The notes: generated by a model not told the origin, from the sequence alone. Positions 1 to 11,089 are shown, counted from the stretch's first letter. The stretch is DNA of 64,000 nucleotides from an uncultured delta proteobacterium (GCA_963845145.1 CAWJQU010000005.1:128001-192000), one strand, 5' to 3'. Program-made: numbers and translations.

Positions 1-493
1 CACCTTTGATTAATAAAAAAATGATCGGTAAAACAAAATTAGAAATGCCGTCCGGAATTAACGGGCTATTTCAATAGTTGGTAATTGATATCCAATTTTT
101 GTAATTCGCTAATTAAATTTTAACCTTATAAAACAATTTAGTAGTTATAATTCCACTCAAAGCCACCCGATTTGTACGTATCCCAACTTAATCAGTCTAT
201 ACTCCCGAAGACTTGCCCTATAAAAAATCAAATTTATCTACCGAATAGAATACCAATCTCATCTAATTTTCCGGATATTTTCCAGTAAAAATTATATCAT
301 TACCATCTTTAATAGCCTCATTTTTACACGATCACTACAAGGTTGGCACCTCGTCTCATTACCTTGACTATCGTCCTCAAGATCGTTACAAGTCCTACAG
401 GTAATTTTGGACAACGCCAAAACAACCAGCTGACCGTGAAACCAACTTGTTTACTATGAATCATCCCCTAAAACGCTTTTCGATGTCGAAGTA

Positions 494-1933
494 ATGAATG
501 CGATGAAACCGACCGTCCACCAAACGAAAAAAGAAAAACCCTTTAAGCTGGTTAAACTCTTTTCCCTGACCAGCCTGGTCATGATATTTACGGGTACACT
601 GGTTATTTCGGGTCTAAATGTACGCTGGGCTCGGAATATTCAGCTCGAAAAAAGCAAGGAATATGCTCAGGTCGTTGTGGCGAATTTGAACCACCAGGTT
701 TTTCAACAGTTTATCATTCCGACTGTATTTAAATTTGGGAAAACCCAGTTAAAAGACAAGGAGCAATTTGAGCGCATGGATAAGGTGGTTCGAAGCACGC
801 TTCATGGCTTCGACATCAAAACCGTCAATATATATGACATGAAAAATGTGATCTCTTTTAGCTTGGACCCCAATTTTATTGGCAAAGCCAATGCCGGCGG
901 AACCGGCTACGAGCAAGCGATTAAGGATCAATTTTACACTAAACTGATTCGGACAGGCAATTTTTGGGAAATCCTCCTGGGCATTCCCAAGGAAAGCCGC
1001 TTGGTAACCTTTGCAGCTGTAAAGCCAGATCCTCTCCTGCTTTCGCCCGCAGATATGGACAAACCATTACCGGTGCTGGGGGTTGTGGAAATTGTGCAGG
1101 ACATTACAAAGGAATATCGGCGGATTTTTCGATACCAGATTCTGATTATCATGACTAGCGGTATTGTCATGGCTGTGTTGTTTCTGGTCATGTTTTATGT
1201 TGTACGGCATGGTGAGAAAATAATCGAAAACCGCGCAAAAAAAAGATTAAAGCTGGAAGAACAGCTCAGTCGTGCCAAGCATTTATCGGCATTGGGAGAA
1301 ATGACTGCCGGAATATCTCATGAAATCCGCAATCCGCTGGGAATAATTCGCAGCTCGGCTGAATTACTTAAAAAAAAGATGTCCCAACTCGACCCTGACA
1401 ACACTTTTCCGAGCGTAATCGTTGAAGAAGCAACCCGGCTGGACAAAATAATCTCGGATTTTTTAAATTATGCCCGGCCAAAAAACCCCCAACAACTACC
1501 CTGCCGCATTGATGAAATTGTCGAAAAAAATCTGACTTTCCTAATACCGCAATTAGAATCGGGAAACCACCGTATAATCAAGGATTACGAAACAGATTTA
1601 CCGGAAATTATCGGTGATGCGGATATGCTTTATCAGGCTTTTTTGAATATTCTGATCAATGCCATGCAGGCCATGCCGAGTGGCGGGCATATCCATATCC
1701 GCATGCAGTCGGACAACGACTCGTTGAGCATTGATTTCGATAATGATGGTGAGCCCATCGATTCAGAAAATCTGGAAAAAATCTGGGAGCCTTTTTTTAC
1801 GACCAAGGATATGGGTACCGGGTTGGGTCTGGGGATTGTAAAAAATATTGTAGAAGCCCACCGGGGGGCGGTTCAAATCGAAAATAAACCCGGAGGTGGC
1901 GTACAGGTGACCATGACTCTGCCGCTGAAATGA
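494..1933 (+). CDS. Membrane sensor histidine kinase (NtrB/ZraS/AtoS-like)
   Basis: Two TM segments, H-box AGISHEIRNPL, N-box NILINAMQAM, PFFTTK and GTGLGL motifs; directly upstream of a sigma-54 response regulator. Confidence 0.92.
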   Translation: MNAMKPTVHQTKKEKPFKLVKLFSLTSLVMIFTGTLVISGLNVRWARNIQLEKSKEYAQVVVANLNHQVFQQFIIPTVFKFGKTQLKDKEQFERMDKVVRSTLHGFDIKTVNIYDMKNVISFSLDPNFIGKANAGGTGYEQAIKDQFYTKLIRTGNFWEILLGIPKESRLVTFAAVKPDPLLLSPADMDKPLPVLGVVEIVQDITKEYRRIFRYQILIIMTSGIVMAVLFLVMFYVVRHGEKIIENRAKKRLKLEEQLSRAKHLSALGEMTAGISHEIRNPLGIIRSSAELLKKKMSQLDPDNTFPSVIVEEATRLDKIISDFLNYARPKNPQQLPCRIDEIVEKNLTFLIPQLESGNHRIIKDYETDLPEIIGDADMLYQAFLNILINAMQAMPSGGHIHIRMQSDNDSLSIDFDNDGEPIDSENLEKIWEPFFTTKDMGTGLGLGIVKNIVEAHRGAVQIENKPGGGVQVTMTLPLK

Positions 1934-1980
1934 CCCGAAAGCCAATTCCGAACCCAAAAAAAACATAAAAAACTAGCTGG

Positions 1981-3381
1981 ATGCCAATAGCCATGGAAAC
2001 CATTCTGATTGTTGATGATGAGAAAAACTATCCGCCGATCATTGCGGCTGTTCTGGAAACCGAAGGATATGAAACGCTGACAGCCCACAGCGGATCGGAT
2101 GCCATGAGCATATTCAACCATTCCGATGTGGATCTGGTGTTGGCGGATTTAAAAATGCCGGGAATGAATGGGATCGAATTGCTTGAAAAAATCAAAGCCA
2201 AAGACCCGGATCTGCCGGTCATTATGATGACAGCGCATGGAACCGTTGAGAAGGCCGTGGAGGCCATGCAAAAGGGCGCCCATAATTTCATTCAAAAACC
2301 TTTTGACAACGATCAATTGGTCGTCTTTGTCAAAAAAGCATTGGACATGTTTAATCTGATCAAAGAAAACCGTAACCTGCTGACAACCGTTAAACGAAAG
2401 TACCGATTCGGCAACATCATCGGTAAAAGTCAACCAATGCAGACAGTCTACGAGTTAATTCGCAAGGTGGCACCCACCACTGCTTCAGTGATCATTGAAG
2501 GCGAAAGTGGTACCGGTAAGGAGTTGGCGGCCAAATCGATACATTTCAATAGTCCCCGTAATGAAAAGCCGTTTGTAGCTGTTAACTGTGCCGCACTGGC
2601 CGAAACCTTGCTGGAAAGTGAATTGTTCGGCCACGAAAAAGGGGCCTTTACAGGAGCAGCATCAAGACGGAAAGGACGGTTTGAAGTAGCCGATGGCGGT
2701 ACATTATTCCTGGATGAGATCGGTGAACTTTCTCCAAACTTGCAGGTTAAACTACTACGCGTACTCCAGGAAAGAGCTTTTGAGCGCGTTGGCGGAGTGA
2801 ACCCGATTCAAGTCGATATTCGGCTGATTACCGCCACAAATAAACGCCTAAAGGAGGAAGTCGCCGCCGGACGCTTTCGCGACGACCTTTTTTACCGTTT
2901 GAACGTTGTGAGGGTCCACATGCCGCCTTTAAAAAATCGGGTCGAGGATATCCCTCTCTTGACCAATCATTTTATTAAAAAATATACCGACGATCGACAG
3001 GACGCAAACACCGTAGCAGGTATTGACCAGGCAGTCGTTCGATTGTTTTCTGAATATACCTGGCCGGGAAATGTACGCGAGTTAGAAAATGTGATTGAGC
3101 GGGCGATGATTCTCTGTTCGGAAGATACAATCCAATTGACGGATCTCCCGAGGGATTTTCAGAAACATATCTCCAGGCCGCTGGTTAACCTGGAAAATAT
3201 TGCCGGGGAAGCCAGTCTCAGCGAAACCCTGGCCATGGTGGAAAAAACCATGATTCAAAGGGCGTTGGAACAGAGCGACAATGTTCAGGCACGCGCGGCA
3301 GATCTTCTTGGAATCGGCAAAAGTGGTTTAAACCAAAAAATTAAAAAATATGGCCTGGAAGTTGGCGTAAAAAAGCCATAA
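1981..3381 (+). CDS. Sigma-54-dependent response regulator (REC-AAA+-Fis HTH); start may be 1993
   Basis: ILIVDDE receiver, GESGTGKE Walker A, GAFTGA, FLDEIGE, WPGNVRELEN, C-terminal HTH. Confidence 0.95.
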   Translation: MPIAMETILIVDDEKNYPPIIAAVLETEGYETLTAHSGSDAMSIFNHSDVDLVLADLKMPGMNGIELLEKIKAKDPDLPVIMMTAHGTVEKAVEAMQKGAHNFIQKPFDNDQLVVFVKKALDMFNLIKENRNLLTTVKRKYRFGNIIGKSQPMQTVYELIRKVAPTTASVIIEGESGTGKELAAKSIHFNSPRNEKPFVAVNCAALAETLLESELFGHEKGAFTGAASRRKGRFEVADGGTLFLDEIGELSPNLQVKLLRVLQERAFERVGGVNPIQVDIRLITATNKRLKEEVAAGRFRDDLFYRLNVVRVHMPPLKNRVEDIPLLTNHFIKKYTDDRQDANTVAGIDQAVVRLFSEYTWPGNVRELENVIERAMILCSEDTIQLTDLPRDFQKHISRPLVNLENIAGEASLSETLAMVEKTMIQRALEQSDNVQARAADLLGIGKSGLNQKIKKYGLEVGVKKP

Positions 3382-3386
3382 AAGTG

Positions 3387-4073
3387 TCACCCGCCTATCA
3401 TCTCTTTAACCATATCCGTGTAGATCGATCCTGCCTGTTCGCTGACAATCCGCTCGTAGAGCTCACGGGCTTTATCTCTTTCCCCTCTTTTATCATACAA
3501 TCCGGCCAAGTGAAAAAGAGCCTGGTCCATCAAAGGTGTATTGGGTAAATCCTTTACCATTTCATAGTGTTCTATCGCCGCTTGATCGTTATTATTGGCC
3601 TCGTAGGCAAGGGCAACATCGTTAAGTATGATCGACCGATAAAAAGGATCTTTGTCAAAATCTTTAAGGGATTTTTCGTACAAGGCAATCGCCTGATCAT
3701 ACTGCTCGGCACTAAAACAGATATCAGCCAAAGCCTTTCTGGCAATTTTACCGGCATCTTTGGCTGAATATTTATCCACGATGTGTTGGTACGCCGCTTT
3801 TATATCCGCATTTACCTTTTCCGATCCATCGGTTTTTTGCAAGTGGGCGGCATATTCGGCATTGGCCTGGCCTAGCAGGGAAAATGCCGTTAGTTCAGAT
3901 CGATTATCAAAGTAGCGATATCCGACCATGGCAAAGATCAACATCACAATGGCGATAGCACCGTAACCGATCTGTCGCCCATAGACTTGCCCCCACTGAA
4001 TGGCTTTGGCGGAAAAAGTGATAAATTCATCAGGTTGTTTCAGCTGTTTACGATTAATTTTTTTTCGTGTCAT
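3387..4073 (-). CDS. Membrane-anchored TPR protein (YfgM-like)
   Basis: Basic N-terminus, one TM, TPR helices (YDQAIALYEK, DQALFHLAGLY); ATG at 4073 has GGAG 8 nt upstream (ORF track starts at 4112). Confidence 0.8.
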   Translation of the reverse strand: MTRKKINRKQLKQPDEFITFSAKAIQWGQVYGRQIGYGAIAIVMLIFAMVGYRYFDNRSELTAFSLLGQANAEYAAHLQKTDGSEKVNADIKAAYQHIVDKYSAKDAGKIARKALADICFSAEQYDQAIALYEKSLKDFDKDPFYRSIILNDVALAYEANNNDQAAIEHYEMVKDLPNTPLMDQALFHLAGLYDKRGERDKARELYERIVSEQAGSIYTDMVKEMIGG

Positions 4074-4138
4074 TAAATCACTCCATTGATTAATGGCTTT
4101 TACTACGTCCAAATACGATATTTAATCCTCAAACCTGA

Positions 4139-4594
4139 TTACCATATTAGCGATTGATGAATCCAGCCGGAATCACCATCAGCATGCTGAATTTCAATCC
4201 ATGGATTCTGTCGCTTGACTACTTTAAAAGGGATGCCACGCGCCACTGTAAATATAACGGTGTGGTTTGTGCCGGGGCCTTCACGAATATTGCATTTATC
4301 TTTTTTGGTGATAACCGTCGACATTTTTTTTAGCAGTGACTTATGCAACCAGCCGATATCGTTTTCAAAATCCTTGAATTGGTACCAATCCCCCGTCACT
4401 TTCATTACTTGTACCGGATGATACTTCTCCACTTGCCAGATAACGGGATGATCGGTTCCCGGTCCGGAGCGCACATTGGCAGTCGTCCCGCTAACCGCTA
4501 ACCGCTCGGCCCGGACGTTTCCGGCCGAAAAAATGGCGATAAAAAAAACACATAAATAGATTAATTTTAGCCATTTATATTTACTCATTCCCAC
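4139..4594 (-). CDS. Exported protein with two bacterial SH3 domains
   Basis: Signal peptide; repeated NVRSGPGT/NIREGPGT and GWLH/GWIH motifs. Confidence 0.88.
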   Translation of the reverse strand: MGMSKYKWLKLIYLCVFFIAIFSAGNVRAERLAVSGTTANVRSGPGTDHPVIWQVEKYHPVQVMKVTGDWYQFKDFENDIGWLHKSLLKKMSTVITKKDKCNIREGPGTNHTVIFTVARGIPFKVVKRQNPWIEIQHADGDSGWIHQSLIW

Positions 4595-4877
4595 CCCATT
4601 CTGTTCAAATAGTCATACCATAGTCCAAAGCGATTTCCACTGCAGCGAGGATCTGTGGAATCACATGGGAGGGGCTGACGCAATTGATGTTATGACAGCC
4701 ATCGGCATGCAGGAACAACATGATATCGGAAGCGCTTCGGGAGATACCTACCGACCATACCCCACAAGTGGCTGGTGTCATAATTTTGGCAAAAAAGACA
4801 TAACAAGCTACAATAGGTAAAAAAACGGTTTGCGCGCCGCCATTGAATAATTTCCAACGATACTTTATTTTCAGGGC

Positions 4878-5126
4878 CTATTGTGTATGACCGGGAATAT
4901 CATAGGTGGTACAATTCCCACTGCTGCAGGTGCGCGTTGTCTGACTCGCCCCAGCGGCCGACGCACCGCCCCCCGTGTCCATGGCATAATTTGTCGAACT
5001 AAGCACCCGTTCAAAGGAGACTGAAGCACATTTGGGACATTTTACATCCTCATCTTTGCTGCCCCCCAGGATCAGGGTCTCAAAAAATTCTTCACATTTA
5101 TTGCATTTGAATTCGTATATCGGCAT
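4878..5126 (-). CDS. FmdB-family zinc-ribbon protein
   Basis: MPIYEFKCxxC...CPKC signature. Confidence 0.88.
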   Translation of the reverse strand: MPIYEFKCNKCEEFFETLILGGSKDEDVKCPKCASVSFERVLSSTNYAMDTGGGASAAGASQTTRTCSSGNCTTYDIPGHTQ

Positions 5127-5193
5127 CGAATGCTCCTCATTCGTTTTGATATTTTTATAATTAGGACCATCTTAAGAAGTTAAACGTATAAAA

Positions 5194-6894
5194 TCAACCA
5201 TTCTTCAGCAACTCCCTGGCATGATCAATGGTTTTGCGGGTAATTTTTTCTCCGCCCAGCATTCGGGCCAGCTCCTGAACCCGCTGCTTATGGTTGATGG
5301 GTTCAATGCCGGTTACGGTTCGACCATCGACCACCGTCTTGTCTATTCGAAAATGATGATCTCCGAATCGGGCAATCTGGGAAAGGTGGGTAATACATAT
5401 CACCTGGTGGCTTTTGGCCAGATCGGTCAATTTTCTTCCCACCATTTCAGCCGTGCCACCGCCAATCCCGGCATCCACTTCATCGAACACCACTGTTCCT
5501 ACGGCATCATTTTCCGCCAATATGACTTTTAAGGCCAGAACCAGTCGCGACAATTCACCCCCGGAGGCAATATCAGCCAAGGGTTTTAACGCTTCGCCGA
5601 TATTCGGTGCGATCATAAACATGGCCTCATCGATGCCGTTTTCGGTGACGATGCAACCATCAACCGCCAGATAGGATGGGGTTTTCGAAGATACCGGCAG
5701 CCCGGTCAATTCCACTTGAAAACGGGTATTGTCCATGTGCAATGATACCAGCTGCGATTCCACTTCCCGGGCCAGCTTTCGGGCCGCTTTGACCCGTTTT
5801 TTAGACAAAGCCCGGCATAACGTAGCCAGCTGCCGGTGTTGCCGGTCGATATTCTTTTCCATTGCTGCAATGGTTTCGGTGATGTTCTCTACCTTGGCCA
5901 ATTCAATTTCGGCGGTTTTCAAATGCGCCAGCACCGCTTCGAGGCTGCCCCCATATTTGTGTTTTAATTTTATAAGCGTATCGATGCGTCCTTCCACATC
6001 TTCAAGAGCGATTTCATCCACATTTACAGTCGCCAGATATGACCGCAGGGTTTCGGACAGATCTTCAACCATCAGCCCGGTCTCGGCGATTTTTTGCGCA
6101 AAACGATCCAGTTGCGGATCGATTCGACGCGCTTTTTCCAGGGATCGTTCCGCTTGGGTCAACCGTTCCACGGCCGCCCCGTCCATGGCGTACAGCAGTT
6201 CGATACAGCTGAATGCGGCTTGTTGGAGGGTTTCAGCGTTCTTTAATCGTTGTCGCTGGTGTTCAAGTTTTTCGTCCTCGCCGGGAGTTATACCGGCGTT
6301 TGCGATCTCATCTCTTTGAAACGCCAGAAGCCGAATGTGTTCCGAGCGGCCGTCCCGAATGGAGATGAGCCGCTCCAATTCCTCAATCATCGGCTGAATA
6401 TCTCGAAATGCCTCCCTGACTTCGGATTTTAGTGAATTCAAGCCGGCATACTGATCAAGGATGGCGAGGTGCTGTTCGGTCTTCAACAAAATCTGGTGGG
6501 CATGCTGCCCCGAGATGCTGGCCAGGTGTTCGACAATGTTGTTTAATATGCCCACCGTCGCCAGACCACCGTTGATATAGATACGATGCCGGTCGTTTCT
6601 GGCGATTACCCGACGAATCAGCAGTCCCTCATCTGCAACATACCCATGGTCGCGCATGGCGCCTGCCACAGGGCTATTTTCCGCCACCTCAAAAACGGCT
6701 TCAAGCTCAGCAAATTCCGCCCCGGTTCGAATCATTCGAGCCGAAGCCCGGCTCCCCAGCAAAAGATTAACCGCCTGGATAACAATAGATTTCCCCGCGC
6801 CGGTCTCCCCGCTCAAAATCGTCAACCCACCCTTGAACCGAATATTCAGGTCGTCGATAATGGCAAAATTACGAATGGCGAGTTCCTGAAGCAT
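5194..6894 (-). CDS. recN: DNA repair protein RecN
   Basis: NFAII, SGETGAGKS, ASGGELSR, FDEVDAGIGG, QVICITH; 566 aa. Confidence 0.97.
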   Translation of the reverse strand: MLQELAIRNFAIIDDLNIRFKGGLTILSGETGAGKSIVIQAVNLLLGSRASARMIRTGAEFAELEAVFEVAENSPVAGAMRDHGYVADEGLLIRRVIARNDRHRIYINGGLATVGILNNIVEHLASISGQHAHQILLKTEQHLAILDQYAGLNSLKSEVREAFRDIQPMIEELERLISIRDGRSEHIRLLAFQRDEIANAGITPGEDEKLEHQRQRLKNAETLQQAAFSCIELLYAMDGAAVERLTQAERSLEKARRIDPQLDRFAQKIAETGLMVEDLSETLRSYLATVNVDEIALEDVEGRIDTLIKLKHKYGGSLEAVLAHLKTAEIELAKVENITETIAAMEKNIDRQHRQLATLCRALSKKRVKAARKLAREVESQLVSLHMDNTRFQVELTGLPVSSKTPSYLAVDGCIVTENGIDEAMFMIAPNIGEALKPLADIASGGELSRLVLALKVILAENDAVGTVVFDEVDAGIGGGTAEMVGRKLTDLAKSHQVICITHLSQIARFGDHHFRIDKTVVDGRTVTGIEPINHKQRVQELARMLGGEKITRKTIDHARELLKNG

Positions 6895-7089
6895 ATCTCC
6901 TTAGCCGAATAGAAACAAAAGCCTTTTTTCAAGGTGATTATGGCCACCGATATGACATAGATAGTTAAATTTGTAAAGATTTCCAGCTTACCCAAACGTC
7001 ACCAGATTTGACTTTAGGAGCGATTACGATTATTCAGCGGATGCGCTATAACAAAACAAAATGACCTGCAATAAATATATAGGTGACAG

Positions 7090-8805
7090 ATGAATCCACT
7101 TTCAGCAATTCCACACGGTGGTAGCCTGGTCAATTTAATCGTCGATGCCGACCGCGCCGCAGTGCTAAAAAAATTATCTTTGAAACTACACGGCATCACC
7201 CTGACGGCCAGACAACTTTCCGATCTTGAATTGTTAATGAACGGGGCCTTTTCCCCCTTAAAGGGATTCATGAACCAATCGGATTATGAGTCGATTCTGG
7301 ACCGCATGCGACTTCAAGACGGCACGCTCTGGCCACTACCGATCTGTCTTGACATCTCTGAGGCCGAGGCCAAAACCCTTGAAACCGGACAATCGCTAGC
7401 GCTTTTGGATGCCGAGGGTTTCATGCTGGCGATTTTGCACATCGAGGATATCTGGCAAGCGGATAAGGAGAGGGAAGCAAAACAGATTTTCGGCACTACG
7501 GATACAACCCACCCGGGCGTCGATTTTCTATATTCCCGGACCGGCGGATATTATATCGGGGGTACCATTGAGGGCATTCAGGCCCCACTTCATTTTGCTT
7601 TTCGACGCCACCGACATACGCCGGTTGAGATGAAACGCCTCTACCGCAAGCTGGGATGGCGGAAAATTGTCGGTTTTCAAACCCGCAACCCTCTTCACCG
7701 CGCCCAATTTGAGATGACCATCCGGGCCATGGACGCCGTTGGCGCCAATCTGCTTTTGCAGCCGGTGGTCCAACGGGTAAAACCGGGTGATATTGACACC
7801 TATACGCGCATTCGATGTTACTTGGCGGCCTCTCAACACTACCCGCCTAACATGATGTTGTTAAGCCTATTGCCGTTGACGATGCGCATGGCCGGTCCGC
7901 GCGAAGCATTGCTCCACGCCATTATTCGCAAAAATTACGGCTGCACCCATTTTATCGTGGGTCGCAACCATGCCGGCCCGGGATTGGATCGCAATGGCGA
8001 CCCTTTTTACCCGTCCAATGCAGCCGCTAAGCTCGTGGCCTCCTTTTCAAAAGAGCTGGGCATCGGGATCATAACCTTTGACGAAATGGTCTACGATATC
8101 GATGAAGATGAATATCTGCCCGCAAATGATATCAAGTCGGCCCACACCACCCAAAGCCTTTCCGACGACGAGTTTCACAGCATCTTGCGCCGGGGAAAAC
8201 GCGTGCCGGGATGGTATACGTTCCCCGAGGTTATCGAAGAACTTCGGAAAGGTTACCCCCCGCGCCACCGGCAGGGATTTACCGTCTTCTGCACGGGATT
8301 GTCAGGGGCCGGCAAATCCACCGTCGCCAAAGTGCTATACGCCCGTTTCCTGGAAATGGGCGGACGGCCGGTCACACTGCTCGATGGCGATATCGTTCGT
8401 CTCAATTTATCCAGCGAATTGGGTTTTTCAAAAGAACATCGGGACATCAACGTCCGTCGCATCGGCTATGTGGCCAGTGAAATCACCAAAAATCGTGGCA
8501 TCGCCATTTGTGCGCCCATCGCCCCTTACGCCGGGACCCGGGCCCGGATCCGGGGAACCATCGAAGAGCACGGCGGATTTATTGAAGTACATGTCAGTAC
8601 ACCGCTGGATGTTTGTGAAGGCCGTGATCGCAAAGGACTTTATGCCAAAGCCCGGGCAGGGTTGATCAAAGGATTTACCGGGATCGATGACCCCTATGAG
8701 CCGCCCCCGCAACCCGAAGTGGTCATCGACACCACTGACCTGACGCCCGATGAAGCCGCCCAGGAAATTCTGCTGCGACTTGAGCGAACGGGGTATATTA
8801 AATGA
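7090..8805 (+). CDS. sat/cysC: Bifunctional sulfate adenylyltransferase / adenylylsulfate kinase (Sat-CysC)
   Basis: QTRNPLHRA, NYGCTHFIVGRNHAGP (ATP sulfurylase); TGLSGAGKST, LDGD, FTGIDDPYE (APS kinase). Confidence 0.95.
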   Translation: MNPLSAIPHGGSLVNLIVDADRAAVLKKLSLKLHGITLTARQLSDLELLMNGAFSPLKGFMNQSDYESILDRMRLQDGTLWPLPICLDISEAEAKTLETGQSLALLDAEGFMLAILHIEDIWQADKEREAKQIFGTTDTTHPGVDFLYSRTGGYYIGGTIEGIQAPLHFAFRRHRHTPVEMKRLYRKLGWRKIVGFQTRNPLHRAQFEMTIRAMDAVGANLLLQPVVQRVKPGDIDTYTRIRCYLAASQHYPPNMMLLSLLPLTMRMAGPREALLHAIIRKNYGCTHFIVGRNHAGPGLDRNGDPFYPSNAAAKLVASFSKELGIGIITFDEMVYDIDEDEYLPANDIKSAHTTQSLSDDEFHSILRRGKRVPGWYTFPEVIEELRKGYPPRHRQGFTVFCTGLSGAGKSTVAKVLYARFLEMGGRPVTLLDGDIVRLNLSSELGFSKEHRDINVRRIGYVASEITKNRGIAICAPIAPYAGTRARIRGTIEEHGGFIEVHVSTPLDVCEGRDRKGLYAKARAGLIKGFTGIDDPYEPPPQPEVVIDTTDLTPDEAAQEILLRLERTGYIK

Positions 8806-9665
8806 GCAACCAGCCATCAGCCATCAGCCACCAACTATCCGAATTATTAGCGCTGACCATCGCCGCCGCCCTGGATGCCGGTCGGGCCATTCTTGATATC
8901 TATAAAAAAGAGATCGAAGTTGAATACAAAACCGACAAATCCCCACTGACGGCTGCAGACCGGGCCAGCCATGACATCCTGACCCGACACCTCAAAGCCA
9001 CACCGCTTGATGTCCCGATTTTAAGTGAGGAGGGTCGCGATATTCCTTTTACTGAACGGGCAAAATGGGATACCTTTTGGCTGGTGGACCCTTTGGACGG
9101 CACCAAGGAATTTATCAAAAAAAACGGCGAATTTACCGTAAATATAGCCTTGGTAAAAAAGGGATCACCACGGTTGGGGATCATTTACGTGCCGGTTAAA
9201 GATACCCTCTATTTTGGTGCCGACGGTATCGGTTCCTGGAGGGTCATGTCGGCTGCCAAGCTGTCGGAGCCAATCTCCCAAGCCGGTATCATGAAAGCGG
9301 CCCAACCGCTGCCTCTTACAAAGGTTTCCGGCCCATTGACCGTTATCGGCAGCCGGTCACATGTGTCTGAGGAATTCAAGGCCTTTATGGAAACGATGAC
9401 GCAACAACATGGCCAAATAGATTTGATTTCGGCCGGCAGCTCGTTGAAGTTCTGCCTGGTTGCCGAAGGCCGGGCCGACATGTATCCGCGTTACGGGCCG
9501 ACCATGGAATGGGACACGGCGGCCGGTCAGGCAGTGGTTGAGTACGCCGGCGGAGTCGTGTTGGATGCCAAATATAAAACACCTTTAAGATATAATAAGG
9601 AAAATCTGCTGAACCCCTGGTTCATCGTGAAGCGAAAAGGTTCGGACATGGAGGCGAATGAATGA
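8802..9665 (+). CDS. cysQ: 3'(2'),5'-bisphosphate nucleotidase CysQ
   Basis: SPLTAAD, LSEEG, DPLDGTKEFI, GSSLKFC, EWDTAAGQA. Confidence 0.95.
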   Translation: MSNQPSAISHQLSELLALTIAAALDAGRAILDIYKKEIEVEYKTDKSPLTAADRASHDILTRHLKATPLDVPILSEEGRDIPFTERAKWDTFWLVDPLDGTKEFIKKNGEFTVNIALVKKGSPRLGIIYVPVKDTLYFGADGIGSWRVMSAAKLSEPISQAGIMKAAQPLPLTKVSGPLTVIGSRSHVSEEFKAFMETMTQQHGQIDLISAGSSLKFCLVAEGRADMYPRYGPTMEWDTAAGQAVVEYAGGVVLDAKYKTPLRYNKENLLNPWFIVKRKGSDMEANE

Positions 9666-11089
9666 TTGTTCCAGTTATTCTTTGCGGTGGTTCCGGTACA
9701 CGACTCTGGCCGCTGTCACGTCAACAGCACCCCAAACAATTTCTGCCGCTGGTCGATGAGCAGACGCTTTTACAAAATACGGTTAACCGATTGGATGGGC
9801 TTGAATCCCTGGCACCTCCCATCGTTTTATGCAATGAAAACCATCGCTTCATTGTGGCGGAACAGCTTAACCGCATCCATCGTCCCCCCGCCGACATCAT
9901 TTTAGAACCCGTGGGCCGAAATACAGCACCGGCTGTGGCCATCGCCGCTTTAACCGCTCAAAACAGATGGGAAAATCCCATCCTTCTCGTTCTGCCGGCC
10001 GATCACCATATCCGTGATGTCAAGGCCTTTCATGCCGCCCTTGCCAATGCTACCCGTCTTGCCCGGAAGGGCCACCTGGTCACATTTGGCATTGTCCCCT
10101 CATCTCCGGAAACCGGATATGGCTATATCCGTAAAGGGCAACCCATGAACACCGCTTCGGGTCAAGCCGAAAATGGCGCCTATCGAATCGCCGGATTCGT
10201 AGAAAAACCTGATTTAGAGACCGCAACACACTATGTGGAATCGGGAGATTATTGCTGGAATAGCGGGATGTTCATGTTTACGGCGGACATGATCCTGGCG
10301 GAGATGGATCGTTTTTCACCGAAAATCACCACCGCTTGTCGTCAGGCGCACATGAAAGGCCGCCGCGACCTTGATTTCTTTCGGCTGGATAGCGAAGCCT
10401 TTGCCGCCTGTCCCGGCAATTCCATCGATTATGCCGTGATGGAACATACCCAAAAAGGGGCTATGATTCCTTTGGATGCGGGATGGAACGATCTGGGGTC
10501 CTGGCGTTCCTTATGGCAGGAGGCGAAAAAAGATACCGATGGCAACCTGATTTCCGGTGATATCGTCGTCCACGATGTCAAGGAGAGTTATTTGCGGGCC
10601 TCCCACCGGTTATTGGCCGCAGTCGGCCTGAATCGGCTGGTCGTGGTGGAAACATCCGATGCTGTCTTCGTTGCGCCGCGTGACCGCGCCCAAGAAGTAA
10701 AAAAAATTGTCACCCAACTAAAAGCCGGCCATCGCCGGGAAACCCGTACCCATCGTCGCACCTATCATTTGTGGGGCTCTGCCGAAGCAGTTACCGAAGG
10801 AGATCAATACCAGGTAAGACGTATCGCACTTAATGCCGGCGCCCATGTATCCTATCAAAAACACCAACACCGGGCCGAGCATTGGGTCGTTGTCCGCGGC
10901 CGGGCCCAGGTGATGAAGGGCGAGGAAACCGTCACCCTCGAGGAAAATGAGTCAATTTTTATCCCTCCCGGTATCTATCACCAGCTGGAAAACCCCGGCC
11001 CGAATCTTCTTGAAGTGATTGAAATAAGGACCGGTCCTTATCTTCAGGAAGATGACATCATTCGTCCGACGGATTCTGCAGACAGATAA
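9662..11089 (+). CDS. manC: Mannose-1-phosphate guanylyltransferase / mannose-6-phosphate isomerase
   Basis: GGSGTRLWPLSR, EPVGRNTAPA, FVEKP, WNSGMF, C-terminal cupin HRAEHW. Confidence 0.95.
   Translation: MIVPVILCGGSGTRLWPLSRQQHPKQFLPLVDEQTLLQNTVNRLDGLESLAPPIVLCNENHRFIVAEQLNRIHRPPADIILEPVGRNTAPAVAIAALTAQNRWENPILLVLPADHHIRDVKAFHAALANATRLARKGHLVTFGIVPSSPETGYGYIRKGQPMNTASGQAENGAYRIAGFVEKPDLETATHYVESGDYCWNSGMFMFTADMILAEMDRFSPKITTACRQAHMKGRRDLDFFRLDSEAFAACPGNSIDYAVMEHTQKGAMIPLDAGWNDLGSWRSLWQEAKKDTDGNLISGDIVVHDVKESYLRASHRLLAAVGLNRLVVVETSDAVFVAPRDRAQEVKKIVTQLKAGHRRETRTHRRTYHLWGSAEAVTEGDQYQVRRIALNAGAHVSYQKHQHRAEHWVVVRGRAQVMKGEETVTLEENESIFIPPGIYHQLENPGPNLLEVIEIRTGPYLQEDDIIRPTDSADR

Noticed and set aside
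341..360. TTGGCAC as a sigma-54 promoter upstream of the first kinase
   Set aside because: No TTGC-like -12 element at the required spacing
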